This document shows positions 10,383 to 20,600 of a DNA stretch of 64,000 nt, piece after piece. Position numbers and translations under genes: made by a program. The stretch's first letter is position 1. Every line of letters begins with the position of its first letter. Source of the stretch: Alphaproteobacteria bacterium (lineage in GTDB: Bacteria > Pseudomonadota > Alphaproteobacteria > SMXQ01); the NCBI GenBank assembly GCA_030831315.1, contig JAURLI010000024.1:6565-70564 (forward strand), given 5' to 3'. The notes under the pieces were generated by a model. That model searched no databases, was not told the origin of the DNA, and saw only the letters and a list, made by a program, of their open reading frames with translations.

Positions 10383-11603
10383 ATGGCAGCAAAACCCTCT
10401 CTTCAGCCTGAAGCATCCATCCGGGAATTCGGCCCGAGGCTGGCGCCCTACGCCTGCCATCCCGGGGACAGCAGGGGCCGCCTGCATCCGGAACCGGAAA
10501 GCGCCTCGCGCTCGTGTTTTCAGCGTGACCGCGACCGGGTCATCCATTCCGCCGCCTTCCGCCGCCTCAAGCACAAGACGCAGGTCTTCGTCTATCACGA
10601 GGGCGACTACTACCGCACGCGGCTGACCCATTCGATCGAGGTCAGCCAGATCGCCCGCTCGATTTCCCGCTCTCTCGGGCTGAACGAGGATCTCGCCGAA
10701 GCGCTGGCCCTTGCCCATGACCTTGGCCACACGCCCTTCGGTCATTGCGGCGAGGACGCGCTCAACGCCGCCATGGCCGATTTCGGCGGTTTCGATCACA
10801 ACGCCCAGACGCTCGGCATCCTGACGCGGCTGGAACAGCGCTATGCCGATTTCGACGGCCTGAACCTGACCTGGGAAACGCTGGAGGGCGTGGTCAAGCA
10901 CAACGGCCCGCTGGCGCGCCGGGGCGGGGCGGCAATAAAGCAGATTCCCCGCGTCATCGCGGAATTCGACGCCCAGTTTCCGCTGGAACTGGACACCTAT
11001 GCCTCGGCCGAAGCCCAGGTGGCGGCACTTTCCGACGACATCGCCTACAACAACCATGATATCGACGACGGCTTGCGGGCAGGGCTCTTCGACGTCGCAG
11101 ACCTCGGCGACGTGCCGCTCGCCGGGCCGGTCTTCGCCGAAGTGGCGAAGCGCCACCCCGGCATCGACCGCACCCGCCTGATCCACGAATCGGTGCGCCG
11201 GCTGATCAATGCCATGGTGTCCGATCTTCTGACCGAATCGCGTACCCGCCTGGCAGCGGCCGTGCCGCAGAGCGCTGCGGAAATCCGTGCCCTTGATGAG
11301 CCCGTCATTGCTTTTTCCGCCGCGATGGCGGAAAACGACCGCGCGCTCAAGCGGTTCCTGTTCGCCCGCATGTACCGCCACGACCGCGTCAACGCGATGA
11401 CGGCCGTGGGCAGGCGGGTGGTACAGGAACTCTTCGACCTGTTCCTTGCCGAGCCGAAGCGCCTGCCGCCCGACTGGCAGGGACAGGGACGGAACGAGGG
11501 CGAGACGGCGCGCCTCGTCTGCGATTACATCGCGGGCATGACGGACCGTTACGCGCTCAACGAACACCGCCGCCTGATCGGCGGTGTCGAAATACCTAGT
11601 TAG
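10383..11603 (+). CDS. dgt: dGTP triphosphohydrolase-like HD-domain protein
   Basis: Start is taken at ATG 10383 (MAAKPS). Conserved features are [24 protein letters not shown] and the HD motif ([10 protein letters not shown]). Confidence 0.85.
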   Translation: MAAKPSLQPEASIREFGPRLAPYACHPGDSRGRLHPEPESASRSCFQRDRDRVIHSAAFRRLKHKTQVFVYHEGDYYRTRLTHSIEVSQIARSISRSLGLNEDLAEALALAHDLGHTPFGHCGEDALNAAMADFGGFDHNAQTLGILTRLEQRYADFDGLNLTWETLEGVVKHNGPLARRGGAAIKQIPRVIAEFDAQFPLELDTYASAEAQVAALSDDIAYNNHDIDDGLRAGLFDVADLGDVPLAGPVFAEVAKRHPGIDRTRLIHESVRRLINAMVSDLLTESRTRLAAAVPQSAAEIRALDEPVIAFSAAMAENDRALKRFLFARMYRHDRVNAMTAVGRRVVQELFDLFLAEPKRLPPDWQGQGRNEGETARLVCDYIAGMTDRYALNEHRRLIGGVEIPS

Positions 11604-11611
11604 AAGAAAAA

Positions 11612-13363
11612 ATGAACATTTTCAGAGATTTTCAGTCTGAACTTGCGAAAGTAGTCGAGGATTTGGGGCAGGAAGGACTGCTACCGAGCGGCCTCGATAC
11701 CTCGCGCTTCACCTGCGATCCGCCGCGCGAGGCCGCCCACGGTGACATCGCCACCAATGCCGCCCTTGTGCTGGCCAAGCCGGCAGGCAAGAACCCGCGC
11801 GAGCTGGCCGCCCTGCTGGCCGAACGCCTCGGCGCCCACCACGCCATCGAAAAGGCCGTCGTCGCCGGGCCCGGCTTCATCAACCTGACGCTGGCGCAGA
11901 GCTTCTGGCATGGTCGCCTGCGCGACGTTCTGGACGCCGGCACGGCCTACGGGAATTCCGACATCGGCGCCGGACGCAAGACCAACGTCGAATACGTCTC
12001 CGCCAACCCGACCGGGCCGATGCACGTGGGCCATGCCCGCGGCGCCGTCGTCGGCGACGTGCTGGCGCAACTGCTGGCCAAGGCCGGCTTCGACGTCACC
12101 AAGGAATATTACATCAATGATGCCGGCGCCCAGGTCGACGTGCTGGCGCGCTCATTGCACCTGCGCTATCGCGAGGCGCTGGGCGAGGACATCGGCACCA
12201 TTCCCGAAGGGCTCTATCCCGGCGAATACCTGAAGGATGCGGGCCATGCGCTGGCCAAGCGCGACGGCGATAAATGGCTCGGCCTTCCTGAAGAAAAATG
12301 GCTGGCCCCGCTGCGCGATTACGCCATCGCCGAGATGATGACGATGATCCGCTCCGATCTCGCCGCCCTCGGCGTCCGCCACGACGTGTTCTCCTCCGAA
12401 CGCGCCCTGGTGGAGGCGGGCAGGGTAGACGAAGCCTACCGGCTGCTCGAGGGCAAGGGACTGATCTACACCGGCGTGCTGGAGCCGCCCAAGGGCCAGA
12501 AGCCCGATGACTGGGAGCCGCGCCCGCAGGTGCTTTTCCGCTCCAGCCAGTTCGGCGACGACGTCGACCGGCCGCTCAAGAAATCCGACGGCAGCTGGAC
12601 CTACTTCGCTTCCGACGTCGCCTATCACCTCGACAAGCACCGGCGCGGGTTCCAGTCGATGATCAACGTCTGGGGCGCCGATCATGGCGGTTACGTCAAG
12701 CGCGTGGCGGCCGCGGTCGAGGCACTGACCGGCGCCAAGGGCGCCCTCGACGTCAAGCTCTGCCAACTCGTGTCGCTTACCGATAACGGCGAGCCTGTAC
12801 GCATGTCGAAACGCGCCGGCACCTTCGTCACCCTCAATGATGTGGTCGACGAGGTGGGCAAGGATGTGGTGCGTTTCATCATGCTGACGCGTTCCAACGA
12901 CGCGGCGCTCGAGTTCGACCTCAAGAAGGTTCTGGAACAGACCCGCGACAACCCCGTGTTCTACGTCCAGTACGCCCACGCGCGCGCCTGCTCGATCTTC
13001 CGCAACGCCGCCGCCGACCGCCCGGAACTCTCGACCGGCACCGAAGTGCTGGCCTCGGTCGCGCTCGACGGCTTGACCGCAGCAGAAGAGATTGATTTGA
13101 TCCGCTTGATGGCGGGCTGGCCACGGGTTGTGGAGAGCGCCGCCGAAGCCCATGAACCGCACCGCATCGCCTATTACCTTCAGGAGCTTGCGGCGGCGTT
13201 TCACGGACTCTGGAATAAGGGAAACGCCGACGCCGATGCGCGTTTCCTTGTCGGTGACGATGCCGTGACGGCGGCGCGCCTTGCCTTGGTGCGTGGCCTG
13301 CAACTGGTGATCGCCTCGGGCCTTGAAGTGCTCGGCGTCAAACCTGTCGAGGAGATGCGGTGA
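11612..13363 (+). CDS. argS: Arginyl-tRNA synthetase
   Basis: 583 aa with the N-terminal ArgRS add-1 domain, the class-I HVGH motif ([14 protein letters not shown]) and an MSKR-like motif. Confidence 0.9.
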   Translation: MNIFRDFQSELAKVVEDLGQEGLLPSGLDTSRFTCDPPREAAHGDIATNAALVLAKPAGKNPRELAALLAERLGAHHAIEKAVVAGPGFINLTLAQSFWHGRLRDVLDAGTAYGNSDIGAGRKTNVEYVSANPTGPMHVGHARGAVVGDVLAQLLAKAGFDVTKEYYINDAGAQVDVLARSLHLRYREALGEDIGTIPEGLYPGEYLKDAGHALAKRDGDKWLGLPEEKWLAPLRDYAIAEMMTMIRSDLAALGVRHDVFSSERALVEAGRVDEAYRLLEGKGLIYTGVLEPPKGQKPDDWEPRPQVLFRSSQFGDDVDRPLKKSDGSWTYFASDVAYHLDKHRRGFQSMINVWGADHGGYVKRVAAAVEALTGAKGALDVKLCQLVSLTDNGEPVRMSKRAGTFVTLNDVVDEVGKDVVRFIMLTRSNDAALEFDLKKVLEQTRDNPVFYVQYAHARACSIFRNAAADRPELSTGTEVLASVALDGLTAAEEIDLIRLMAGWPRVVESAAEAHEPHRIAYYLQELAAAFHGLWNKGNADADARFLVGDDAVTAARLALVRGLQLVIASGLEVLGVKPVEEMR

Positions 13364-14202
13364 TGCCATCAGACCAAGGACAGAATGAACCGAGGTTCGA
13401 ACCTCGGCTGACGGCTCCGGCCACGGAGGTGATCGACCGCCGCGAACGCCCCGAACCGCGCCCCCGCCGCGCGCGCCTGCTGACCATGGTCATCGCCCTG
13501 GTCGCACTTGGCGCCTTTGCCGGTGTCGCCTGGTACGCGACCAGCAAGGGACAGAAGAACCCCGGCGCCACGGTGCCCGTGATCACCGCAGAGCGCGAAC
13601 CGATCAAGGAACGCCCCGCGGAACCCGGCGGCATGGACGTCCCCAACCGCAACATCCAGGTTTTCAACCAGATCACGCCGGATGCTCAGCCCCAGAAGGT
13701 CGAGCGCCTGTTGCCCCCGGCCGAGACTCCGGTGGCCCGTCCTGCCGCGGAAGCCGCACCCAAGCCTCCCGCGGGGCCGCTCGTTCCCGATGCGCCGGCC
13801 ATCGCGCCGCGCGCCGACGCGCCCAAGGAAGCCGCGCCTGCCGCTCCCGTGCCCTCGGCCCCGGTGGTCAGCGAGCGCGAGATTGCCGCGGCACGCGTCA
13901 CGGCCCCCAAGGAACCCGCAGCCGCGCCCAAGGCGACCACCAAGGCGAGCGCGGGCGCCTGGCGCATCCAGCTTGGCGCCGTGCGCGAGGAAGCGCGCGC
14001 CAAGGCGGCTCTCGCCCGCATCGAAAAGGCCAACGCCGATATCCTGAAGGGACTGAGCGGCGAGATCGCGCGCGCGGACCTCGGGGCCAAAGGCGTCTAT
14101 CACCGCATGCGGATGGGACCGCTCGCGGACAAGGCCGCCGCCGACAGCCTGTGCCGCAAGCTGGTGCAGCGCAAGGTCGGCTGCATCGTCGTCAAGCCCT
14201 GA
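13360..14202 (+). CDS. SPOR-domain cell-division/peptidoglycan-binding protein
   Basis: An N-terminal TM helix and Pro/Ala-rich linker precede a C-terminal SPOR domain (AWRIQLGAV...[11 protein letters not shown]). Its start overlaps the argS stop. Confidence 0.7.
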   Translation: MMPSDQGQNEPRFEPRLTAPATEVIDRRERPEPRPRRARLLTMVIALVALGAFAGVAWYATSKGQKNPGATVPVITAEREPIKERPAEPGGMDVPNRNIQVFNQITPDAQPQKVERLLPPAETPVARPAAEAAPKPPAGPLVPDAPAIAPRADAPKEAAPAAPVPSAPVVSEREIAAARVTAPKEPAAAPKATTKASAGAWRIQLGAVREEARAKAALARIEKANADILKGLSGEIARADLGAKGVYHRMRMGPLADKAAADSLCRKLVQRKVGCIVVKP

Positions 14203-14209
14203 GCGCGCC

Positions 14210-15247
14210 GTGCCCAAAGCTCTGATCGTCGGCGTCGCGGGAACGCGGCTCGGCGCCAAGGAACTCACCTTCCTGCGCGAAACGAACCCGCTGGGTTTCA
14301 TCCTGTTTGCCCGCAATGTCGCATCGCCGGACCAGGTCCGCGCGCTGACCACTGAAATGCGCAATGCCGTCGGACGCGCCGACGCGCCGGTATTGATCGA
14401 CCAGGAAGGGGGCAGGGTAGCCCGCCTGCGCGCACCGCAATGGCGCGCCGCACCTCCTGCCGCGGTTTTCGGGGAAATCTACCGGCTGAACGCCGAACTC
14501 GGCCTCATGGCCACGCGACTGAACGCGCAGATGATCGGCAACGAACTGATTGCGCTCGGCATCAACGTCGATTGCGCCCCGGTCGCAGATGTCCCGGTCG
14601 AGGGCGCCGACCCGATCATCGGCGACCGTGCCTTCGCCACCGAGCCCGGCCCTGTCGGCATGCTGGCCGGAGCTTTCTGTGACGGCCTCTCGGCGGTTGG
14701 CGTCTTGCCGGTGATCAAGCATATCCCCGGCCACGGCCGGGCCGGTGTGGACAGTCATAAAGCCCTGCCGCGGGTGAACGTATCCCGCGCGGAATTGTCG
14801 GTGCGCGATTTTGCCCCCTTCAAGGCGCTGGCGCGCAGGCGCGATCCCGAACCCTGGGCGATGACCGCCCATGTGATCTACGACTGCTGCGACCCCGACC
14901 GGCCCGCGACCCAGTCACGCACCGTCATCGACAATATCATCCGGGGTGAAATCGGCTTCGACGGCATCGTGCTTTCCGACGATCTGTCGATGGGCGCGCT
15001 CACGGGAACCTACGATGAACGCGCCCGCAGCGCGCTCGCGGCAGGCTGCGATCTGGTTTTGCATTGCAACGGCAAGCTCGAGGAAATGATTCCGGTGGCC
15101 GCCGGCTGCGGCGAATTGACAGCAACCGCCGAACGGCGTCTTGCGCGCTCCCTCGGCGCTCTCGGCACGCCCGACCCCATTGATGCAGAAGCCGCCAAGA
15201 CGGAACTCGCCAAAATTCTTGCTCCGGTGCTTGGGAGCGGGGCGTGA
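14210..15247 (+). CDS. nagZ: Beta-N-acetylhexosaminidase NagZ (GH3)
   Basis: GTG start. It has the NagZ motif LIDQEGGRVARL and the GH3 catalytic region KHIPGHGRA. Confidence 0.85.
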   Translation: MPKALIVGVAGTRLGAKELTFLRETNPLGFILFARNVASPDQVRALTTEMRNAVGRADAPVLIDQEGGRVARLRAPQWRAAPPAAVFGEIYRLNAELGLMATRLNAQMIGNELIALGINVDCAPVADVPVEGADPIIGDRAFATEPGPVGMLAGAFCDGLSAVGVLPVIKHIPGHGRAGVDSHKALPRVNVSRAELSVRDFAPFKALARRRDPEPWAMTAHVIYDCCDPDRPATQSRTVIDNIIRGEIGFDGIVLSDDLSMGALTGTYDERARSALAAGCDLVLHCNGKLEEMIPVAAGCGELTATAERRLARSLGALGTPDPIDAEAAKTELAKILAPVLGSGA

Positions 15248-15936
15248 TCGACGAAGTTATCCGCGTCGCCGTCGTCGCCTCGGTCTGGGCGATCCCCGTC
15301 ATCGTCGCCATTACCTTCCACGAGGCCGCCCAAGGCTACGCTGCGCTGCGCTTCGGCGACACCACGGCGCTGATGGCGGGGCGGGTGAGCATGAACCCGC
15401 TTCGTCACGTCGATGCCTTCGGCACGATCCTGCTGCCGGCGCTGCTGCTCCTGACCAAGGCGCCGTTCCTGTTCGGCTACGCCAAGCCGGTTCCGGTGGA
15501 CTTTTCGCGGCTCCACCACCCGAGGCGCGACATGGTCTGGGTGGCGGCGGCCGGCCCCGGCATAAATATCTTGCTTGCGCTGATTTCGGCGCTGCTTCTG
15601 CACGCCGCGGCGCTGGCCCCTGGCTGGGCCGCCCCCTGGCTGATCGCGAATCTAAATAATTCCATCGTTATCAACGTAGTATTAGCCGTTTTTAATATGA
15701 TACCTTTGCCGCCGCTCGATGGCGGAAGGGTCGCCGTGGGCCTGTTGCCCGACGCCATCGCCTATCCCTTGGCACGACTCGAAAAATATGGGCTTGTGAT
15801 CCTGCTCGCGGCGCTGTTTCTTCTGCCTTTCATCGGGGGGCGGCTCGGGCTCAACCTCGATATCTTCCGCTGGATCGTCGGTATTCCTGCCGGCAACCTC
15901 ATCGAACTGATCGCAACCCTGACCGGACACCGGTAG
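15244..15936 (+). CDS. Site-2 protease (peptidase M50) family membrane protein, with a variant metal-binding motif
   Basis: The GTG start overlaps the nagZ stop. It is polytopic, carries the conserved NxxLAxFNMIPLPPLDGG motif, and reads HEAAQ where HExxH is expected (see findings). Confidence 0.7.
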   Translation: MIDEVIRVAVVASVWAIPVIVAITFHEAAQGYAALRFGDTTALMAGRVSMNPLRHVDAFGTILLPALLLLTKAPFLFGYAKPVPVDFSRLHHPRRDMVWVAAAGPGINILLALISALLLHAAALAPGWAAPWLIANLNNSIVINVVLAVFNMIPLPPLDGGRVAVGLLPDAIAYPLARLEKYGLVILLAALFLLPFIGGRLGLNLDIFRWIVGIPAGNLIELIATLTGHR

Positions 15937-15945
15937 AATACCGCC

Positions 15946-16746
15946 ATGACCGATTTCGACGGCGCACCCGAAACCGAGACCCATGCCACGGAACCCGCGG
16001 CAATCGAGGGGCTTGAGGGGCAGCTTGTCCTCGACCTCGAAGGCTTCGAGGGGCCGATCGACCTGCTGCTGACGCTGGCGCGCGACCAGAAGGTCGACCT
16101 GTCCAAGATCTCGATCCTGGCGCTTGCCGACCAGTACCTTGCCTTCATCAGCGTCGCCCAGCGCATCAGCCTGGAAATTGCCGCCGACTACCTGGTGATG
16201 GCGGCCTGGCTCGCTTATCTCAAATCACGCCTGCTGCTGCCCGACGAAACCGAGGAAGAGCAGCCCACCGGCGCCCAGATGGCGGAAGCGCTGGCGTTCC
16301 AGTTGCGCCGCCTCGAATCCATGCAGGACGCCGGGCTGCGCCTTTTCGCGCGGCCGCTGGTTGGCCGCGATCTCTTCCTGCGCGGCGCGCCCGAGGGCGT
16401 CGAAGTCGTCAAGGAAGCGGTTTTCCAGCCGAACCTTTACGAATTGCTCAAGGCCTACGGGCAGATCCAGTCGCGGGTCACCGACACGACCCTGCACATT
16501 GCCGCCCAGGAGCTTTATTCGGTCGAACAGGCTGTTGAACGCCTGCGCCGCTTGCTCGGTCGCATCCCGGACTGGCAAAATCTCGTGTCCTTCCTTCCCG
16601 ACGGCATCAAGGACGGTATCGTCAAGCGCTCGGCAGTTGCCTCCACCTTCGTCGCCACCCTGGAACTGGTCCGTCAGGGCCAGGCCGAGGTCAGGCAGGA
16701 CGGTCCGTATCACCCCATTTTTGTGCGTCCCCGTAAAAGCGAATGA
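15946..16746 (+). CDS. scpA: Segregation and condensation protein A
   Basis: LVLDLEGFEGPIDLLLTLARDQKVDL is a typical ScpA N-terminus. Confidence 0.85.
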   Translation: MTDFDGAPETETHATEPAAIEGLEGQLVLDLEGFEGPIDLLLTLARDQKVDLSKISILALADQYLAFISVAQRISLEIAADYLVMAAWLAYLKSRLLLPDETEEEQPTGAQMAEALAFQLRRLESMQDAGLRLFARPLVGRDLFLRGAPEGVEVVKEAVFQPNLYELLKAYGQIQSRVTDTTLHIAAQELYSVEQAVERLRRLLGRIPDWQNLVSFLPDGIKDGIVKRSAVASTFVATLELVRQGQAEVRQDGPYHPIFVRPRKSE

Positions 16747-17609
16747 CAGAAAACATGAACGAATCCGATCCCAAGACCGAAAACGAAAACGAACCGGAAA
16801 ACCCGGGCGAAGCGACCGACGGCACGCCTGCGCCCGAGGAAGCCGCTGCTCCGGACGCCGAGGAAGCGCCGGCCCCCGCGGAACCGGTCGAGATCGACCC
16901 GCACCACCTGCGCCTTCTGGAAGCGGTGCTGTTTTCGGCGACCGAGCCGCTCGCGGAAAAAGACATCGCCGAGCGCCTGCCCGATGGCGCACCGGTGGCG
17001 GCGTTGCTGGCGAGCCTTGCCGAGACCTTCGCCAACCGCGGCGTCAACCTGGCCATGGCCGGCGGCAAGTGGTTCTTCCGCACCGCCGAGGATCTGTCCG
17101 AGGAATTGCGCGTTCACATAACGGTGCCGCGCAAGCTTTCGCGCGCGGCCATGGAGACGCTGGCCATCGTCGCCTACCACCAGCCCATCACCCGCGCCGA
17201 AATCGAAGAAATTCGCGGTGTCGGCTTGAGCCGGGGTACGCTCGATTCGCTGCTTGAGGCGGGCTGGATCGGGCCGCGCGGGCGGCGGCGCACCGCGGGA
17301 CGTCCCGTAACCTGGGGCACCACCCAGGGATTCCTCACCACCTTCGGGCTTGCCGTCATCGACGATCTGCCGGGTCTCGACGACCTGCGCTCCGCCGGGC
17401 TACTCGACAAGCGTCCCGCGATCCAGATCACGGACGTCCAGAATGCCGCCGGCGATGAAGAGGACGAGGAGCCGCTCGCCGACGACGACGAACTGCTCGA
17501 CATGGATCTTCCGCTCGACGAGGACGCCGACACCGGCGACGACGAGGCAGCCGGGCAGGGGATCGAGCCGGATGCTGCCGACACCGATCCGGAGCCGCCG
17601 CGCTCCTGA
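16743..17609 (+). CDS. scpB: Segregation and condensation protein B
   Basis: It overlaps scpA by 4 bp, contains an ScpB winged-helix region (LLEAVLFSATEPL) and has an acidic C-terminal tail. Confidence 0.85.
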   Translation: MTENMNESDPKTENENEPENPGEATDGTPAPEEAAAPDAEEAPAPAEPVEIDPHHLRLLEAVLFSATEPLAEKDIAERLPDGAPVAALLASLAETFANRGVNLAMAGGKWFFRTAEDLSEELRVHITVPRKLSRAAMETLAIVAYHQPITRAEIEEIRGVGLSRGTLDSLLEAGWIGPRGRRRTAGRPVTWGTTQGFLTTFGLAVIDDLPGLDDLRSAGLLDKRPAIQITDVQNAAGDEEDEEPLADDDELLDMDLPLDEDADTGDDEAAGQGIEPDAADTDPEPPRS

Positions 17610-17619
17610 TTAACACCGG

Positions 17620-17640
17620 GAAAATCTGTTTTCCCTATAA
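17620..17640 (+). terminator. Possible terminator after scpB
   Basis: gggaaaa-tctg-ttttccc forms a hairpin followed by an A/T-rich stretch. The stem is weak. Confidence 0.35.
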
Positions 17641-17755
17641 ACCCTACGGATTTGACTTGCCCGGTTATTGCCGGTTTGCCTAAACTCGGACAGGTTTTCC
17701 TTCGATATAAAATTAAATTGCAAAGGGTCCTGGGCACTGGTAGTAGTTTCAGTAA

Positions 17756-17792
17756 TGCGATTGCAAGGCATTCGCATTTGCAATGAATCGCA
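17756..17792. promoter_or_regulatory. Palindromic candidate operator upstream of the Fe(3+) ABC transporter
   Basis: TGCGATTGCAA-N11-TTGCAATgAATCGCA is a near-perfect 11-bp inverted repeat. TTGCAA also recurs at 17718, 17761 and 17778. It sits about 50 bp upstream of the fbpA start. Confidence 0.4.
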
Positions 17793-17839
17793 GCGCCAAG
17801 CTGTTCCAACCAAAGCCCATGCTTAGGGAGAAGTCCAAG

Positions 17840-18856
17840 ATGAACCTGCGCATTCCCGCCCTCGCCGTCGCGGCGGCACTCGCGGCAACGACCGTCCAGG
17901 CCGCCGAAACCGTCAACGTCTATTCGTCGCGCCACTATCAGGCCGACAAGATGATCTACGCCAACTTCGAAAAGAAAACCGGCATCCGCGTCAATGTCGT
18001 CGAAGGCAACGTCAACGCATTGTTCGAACGCCTGCGCCGCGAAGGCCGCAACTCACCGGCCGATGTCCTGATCACAGTAGATGCCGGCAATCTCGGCCGC
18101 GCGCAGTCGGCCGGGCTGTTCCAGCCTTTCAAATCGGACGTGATCGAAAAGGCCGTGCCGGCGGCGCTGCGCGAACCCACGGGCCTGTGGACCGGCCTGA
18201 CCATGCGCGCCCGCGTGATCATGTATGACAAGACGCGGGTAAAGCCGTCGCAGCTCTCGACCTACGAAAATCTTTCCGACCCGAAGTGGAAGGGCAAGAT
18301 CCTCGTGCGCTCGTCGAACCACATCTACAACCAGTCCCTGGTTGCCTCGCTGATTGCCGCCCACGGCGTCACGAAGGTCGAGGCATGGGCGAAGGGAATC
18401 GTCGCCAATCTCGCGCGCAAGCCCAAGGGCGGCGACCGCGACCAGATCAAGGCCGTGGCGGCCGGAGAAGGCGACATCGCCATTTCCAACACCTATTACC
18501 TTGGCCTGCTGTCGGCTTCCAAAAGCGCCGCCGACAAAGCCGTCGTCGCCAAGATCGGCGTGTTCTTCCCGAACCATAGGGACCGCGGTACCCACGTCAA
18601 CGTTTCGGGCGCCGGCCTCACCAAATACGCGCCCAACAAGGCGAACGGCATCAAGTTCATCGAATATCTGGTCAGCAAGGAAGTGCAGGAACTTGTCGCC
18701 CGCGAAAATTTCGAATATCCGGTTCGCGAGGATGTGGAGATGGCGCCGGTCGTCGCCTCCTGGGGCAAGTTCAAGCGTGACGACCTGAACGTTTCGATCA
18801 TCGGCAAGAACAACCCGGCCGCCGTCAAGCTGCTCGACAGGGTGGGTTGGCGCTGA
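17840..18856 (+). CDS. fbpA: Fe(3+) ABC transporter periplasmic substrate-binding protein
   Basis: ATG 17840 has the RBS gggagaag upstream and a signal peptide (MNLRIPALAVAAALAATTVQA). It resembles FbpA/AfuA ferric-binding proteins. Confidence 0.8.
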   Translation: MNLRIPALAVAAALAATTVQAAETVNVYSSRHYQADKMIYANFEKKTGIRVNVVEGNVNALFERLRREGRNSPADVLITVDAGNLGRAQSAGLFQPFKSDVIEKAVPAALREPTGLWTGLTMRARVIMYDKTRVKPSQLSTYENLSDPKWKGKILVRSSNHIYNQSLVASLIAAHGVTKVEAWAKGIVANLARKPKGGDRDQIKAVAAGEGDIAISNTYYLGLLSASKSAADKAVVAKIGVFFPNHRDRGTHVNVSGAGLTKYAPNKANGIKFIEYLVSKEVQELVARENFEYPVREDVEMAPVVASWGKFKRDDLNVSIIGKNNPAAVKLLDRVGWR

Positions 18857-18965
18857 TGATCCGCCGACCGGAGGAGGACCGGAACTGAGTACCGAGCCTT
18901 ACACCATCGGCACGCCGGAGCGGGCCGCCAGCGCGAGATCGCGGTGGCGGCTCGACGGCTGGTCG

Positions 18966-20600
18966 TTGTTCGCCATCGTCGTCGCGACCCTGATTGCGAT
19001 CCCTGTGGTCGTGGTGCTACTGCACGTCTTCGTTCCGACCGGCGACGTCTGGCGGCATCTCGCATCGACGGTGCTGCCCAGCTATATCGCGAACTCCCTC
19101 TGGCTGATGCTCGGGGTAGGGACCGGAACGCTGGTCATCGGCGTCGGCACGGCGTGGCTCGTTACCATGTGCCGCTTTCCCGGCCGCGGCATTTTCGAAT
19201 GGGCGCTGCTGCTGCCGATGGCAGTGCCGGCCTATGTCATCGCCTATACCTACACGGGGCTTCTCGATTACGCAGGCCCCGTGCAGGAGGGCCTGCGCGC
19301 TCTCACCGGCTGGGGACGGGGCGATTACTGGTTTCCGGAAATCCGCAGCCTCGGCGGTGCCGTCGTCATGCTGGTGCTGGTGCTTTACCCTTACGTCTAC
19401 CTGCTGTCGCGTGCGGCCTTCCTGGAACAGTCCGTCTGCGTCCTCGAAGTCTCGCGCACCCTTGGCCGTTCGCCGTTACGCGGTTTCATTTCAGTAGCCC
19501 TTCCGCTCGCGCGCCCTGCCATCGCCACCGGCGTCGCTTTGGCACTGATGGAAACGCTGAACGATTTCGGCACGGTGCAGTATTTCGCCGTCGATACTTT
19601 TACCACCGGCATCTTTCGCACCTGGTACGGGCTTGGCGAGACGGCGGCAGCGGCGCAACTCGCCGCGGTGCTGATGCTGTTCATCTTCGCCCTCGTTCTC
19701 GCCGAAAGATTTTCGCGCGGCGGCGGGCGCGTCCACCACACCAGCCCGCGCTACCGTGAATTGCCCGGCTACCGCCTGAAAGGCGCGCGCAAGGCTCTCG
19801 CCACGCTCGCCTGTCTCGCGCCGGTCCTGTTCGGCTTTCTTATGCCCGCCTCTGCGCTCGGCTACTGGTCGTGGCTGACCGCACCCGACGTCATCGACGC
19901 AGGCTTCGCCGCGCTCGCTCTCAATTCCTTCGTGCTGGCAACCGCAGCAGCGGCATTGGCATTGGCGATCGCCATCGCCATCGCCTATGCCCAACGCCTG
20001 CGCCCCTCGCGCCTGATCGCCGCCGCGGCGCGGCTGTCGGCCATGGGCTACGCGGTGCCCGGTGCCGTCGTCGCCGTCGGCGTGCTGATCCCCTTCGCCT
20101 GGGCCGACACGGCCATCAACGACCTTTCCCGCCACCTGTTCGGCGCCGGTCCCGGGCTGCTCCTGTCGGGCACCATCGTCGCCGTAACCTTCGCCTATGT
20201 CGTGCGCTTCCTGGCCGTTTCCCTCAATACGGTGGAGGCATCGCTCGCCAAGATCACCCCGCATATGGACGACGCCGCCCGCACCCTTGGCCTGCGTCCG
20301 CGCCAGTCGCTGGTTCTCGTTCACCTGCCGATCATGGGCGGCAGCCTGCTGACGGCGGCGCTGCTGGTTTTCGTGGACGTCATGAAGGAACTGCCGGCAA
20401 CCCTGATCCTGCGGCCCTTCAATTTTGACACGCTAGCCATTCGGACGTATCAGTTGGCCTCGGACGAGCGGCTGGCCGAATCCTCGAGCGCGGCGCTCGC
20501 CATTGTTCTCGTCGGGATCATTCCGGTGATCCTGCTCAGCCTCGCCATTGCGCGGTCACGGCCGGGAACGGGATCGGGCAAGGAGACCGGCAGGTCGTGA
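18966..20600 (+). CDS. fbpB: Fe(3+) ABC transporter permease (two fused permease domains)
   Basis: 544 aa and polytopic, with duplicated ABC-permease EAA-like loops. The track start is a TTG at 18966. The frame is open back to the fbpA stop and encodes a plausible LSTEPYTIGTPE... extension, so the true start is uncertain (possibly upstream). Confidence 0.8.
   Translation: MFAIVVATLIAIPVVVVLLHVFVPTGDVWRHLASTVLPSYIANSLWLMLGVGTGTLVIGVGTAWLVTMCRFPGRGIFEWALLLPMAVPAYVIAYTYTGLLDYAGPVQEGLRALTGWGRGDYWFPEIRSLGGAVVMLVLVLYPYVYLLSRAAFLEQSVCVLEVSRTLGRSPLRGFISVALPLARPAIATGVALALMETLNDFGTVQYFAVDTFTTGIFRTWYGLGETAAAAQLAAVLMLFIFALVLAERFSRGGGRVHHTSPRYRELPGYRLKGARKALATLACLAPVLFGFLMPASALGYWSWLTAPDVIDAGFAALALNSFVLATAAAALALAIAIAIAYAQRLRPSRLIAAAARLSAMGYAVPGAVVAVGVLIPFAWADTAINDLSRHLFGAGPGLLLSGTIVAVTFAYVVRFLAVSLNTVEASLAKITPHMDDAARTLGLRPRQSLVLVHLPIMGGSLLTAALLVFVDVMKELPATLILRPFNFDTLAIRTYQLASDERLAESSSAALAIVLVGIIPVILLSLAIARSRPGTGSGKETGRS

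Noticed and set aside
18944-19759. 271-aa ORF overlapping the fbpB permease in another frame
   Set aside because: Its Arg/Pro/Gly-rich low-complexity translation falls entirely within the well-supported two-domain permease gene.
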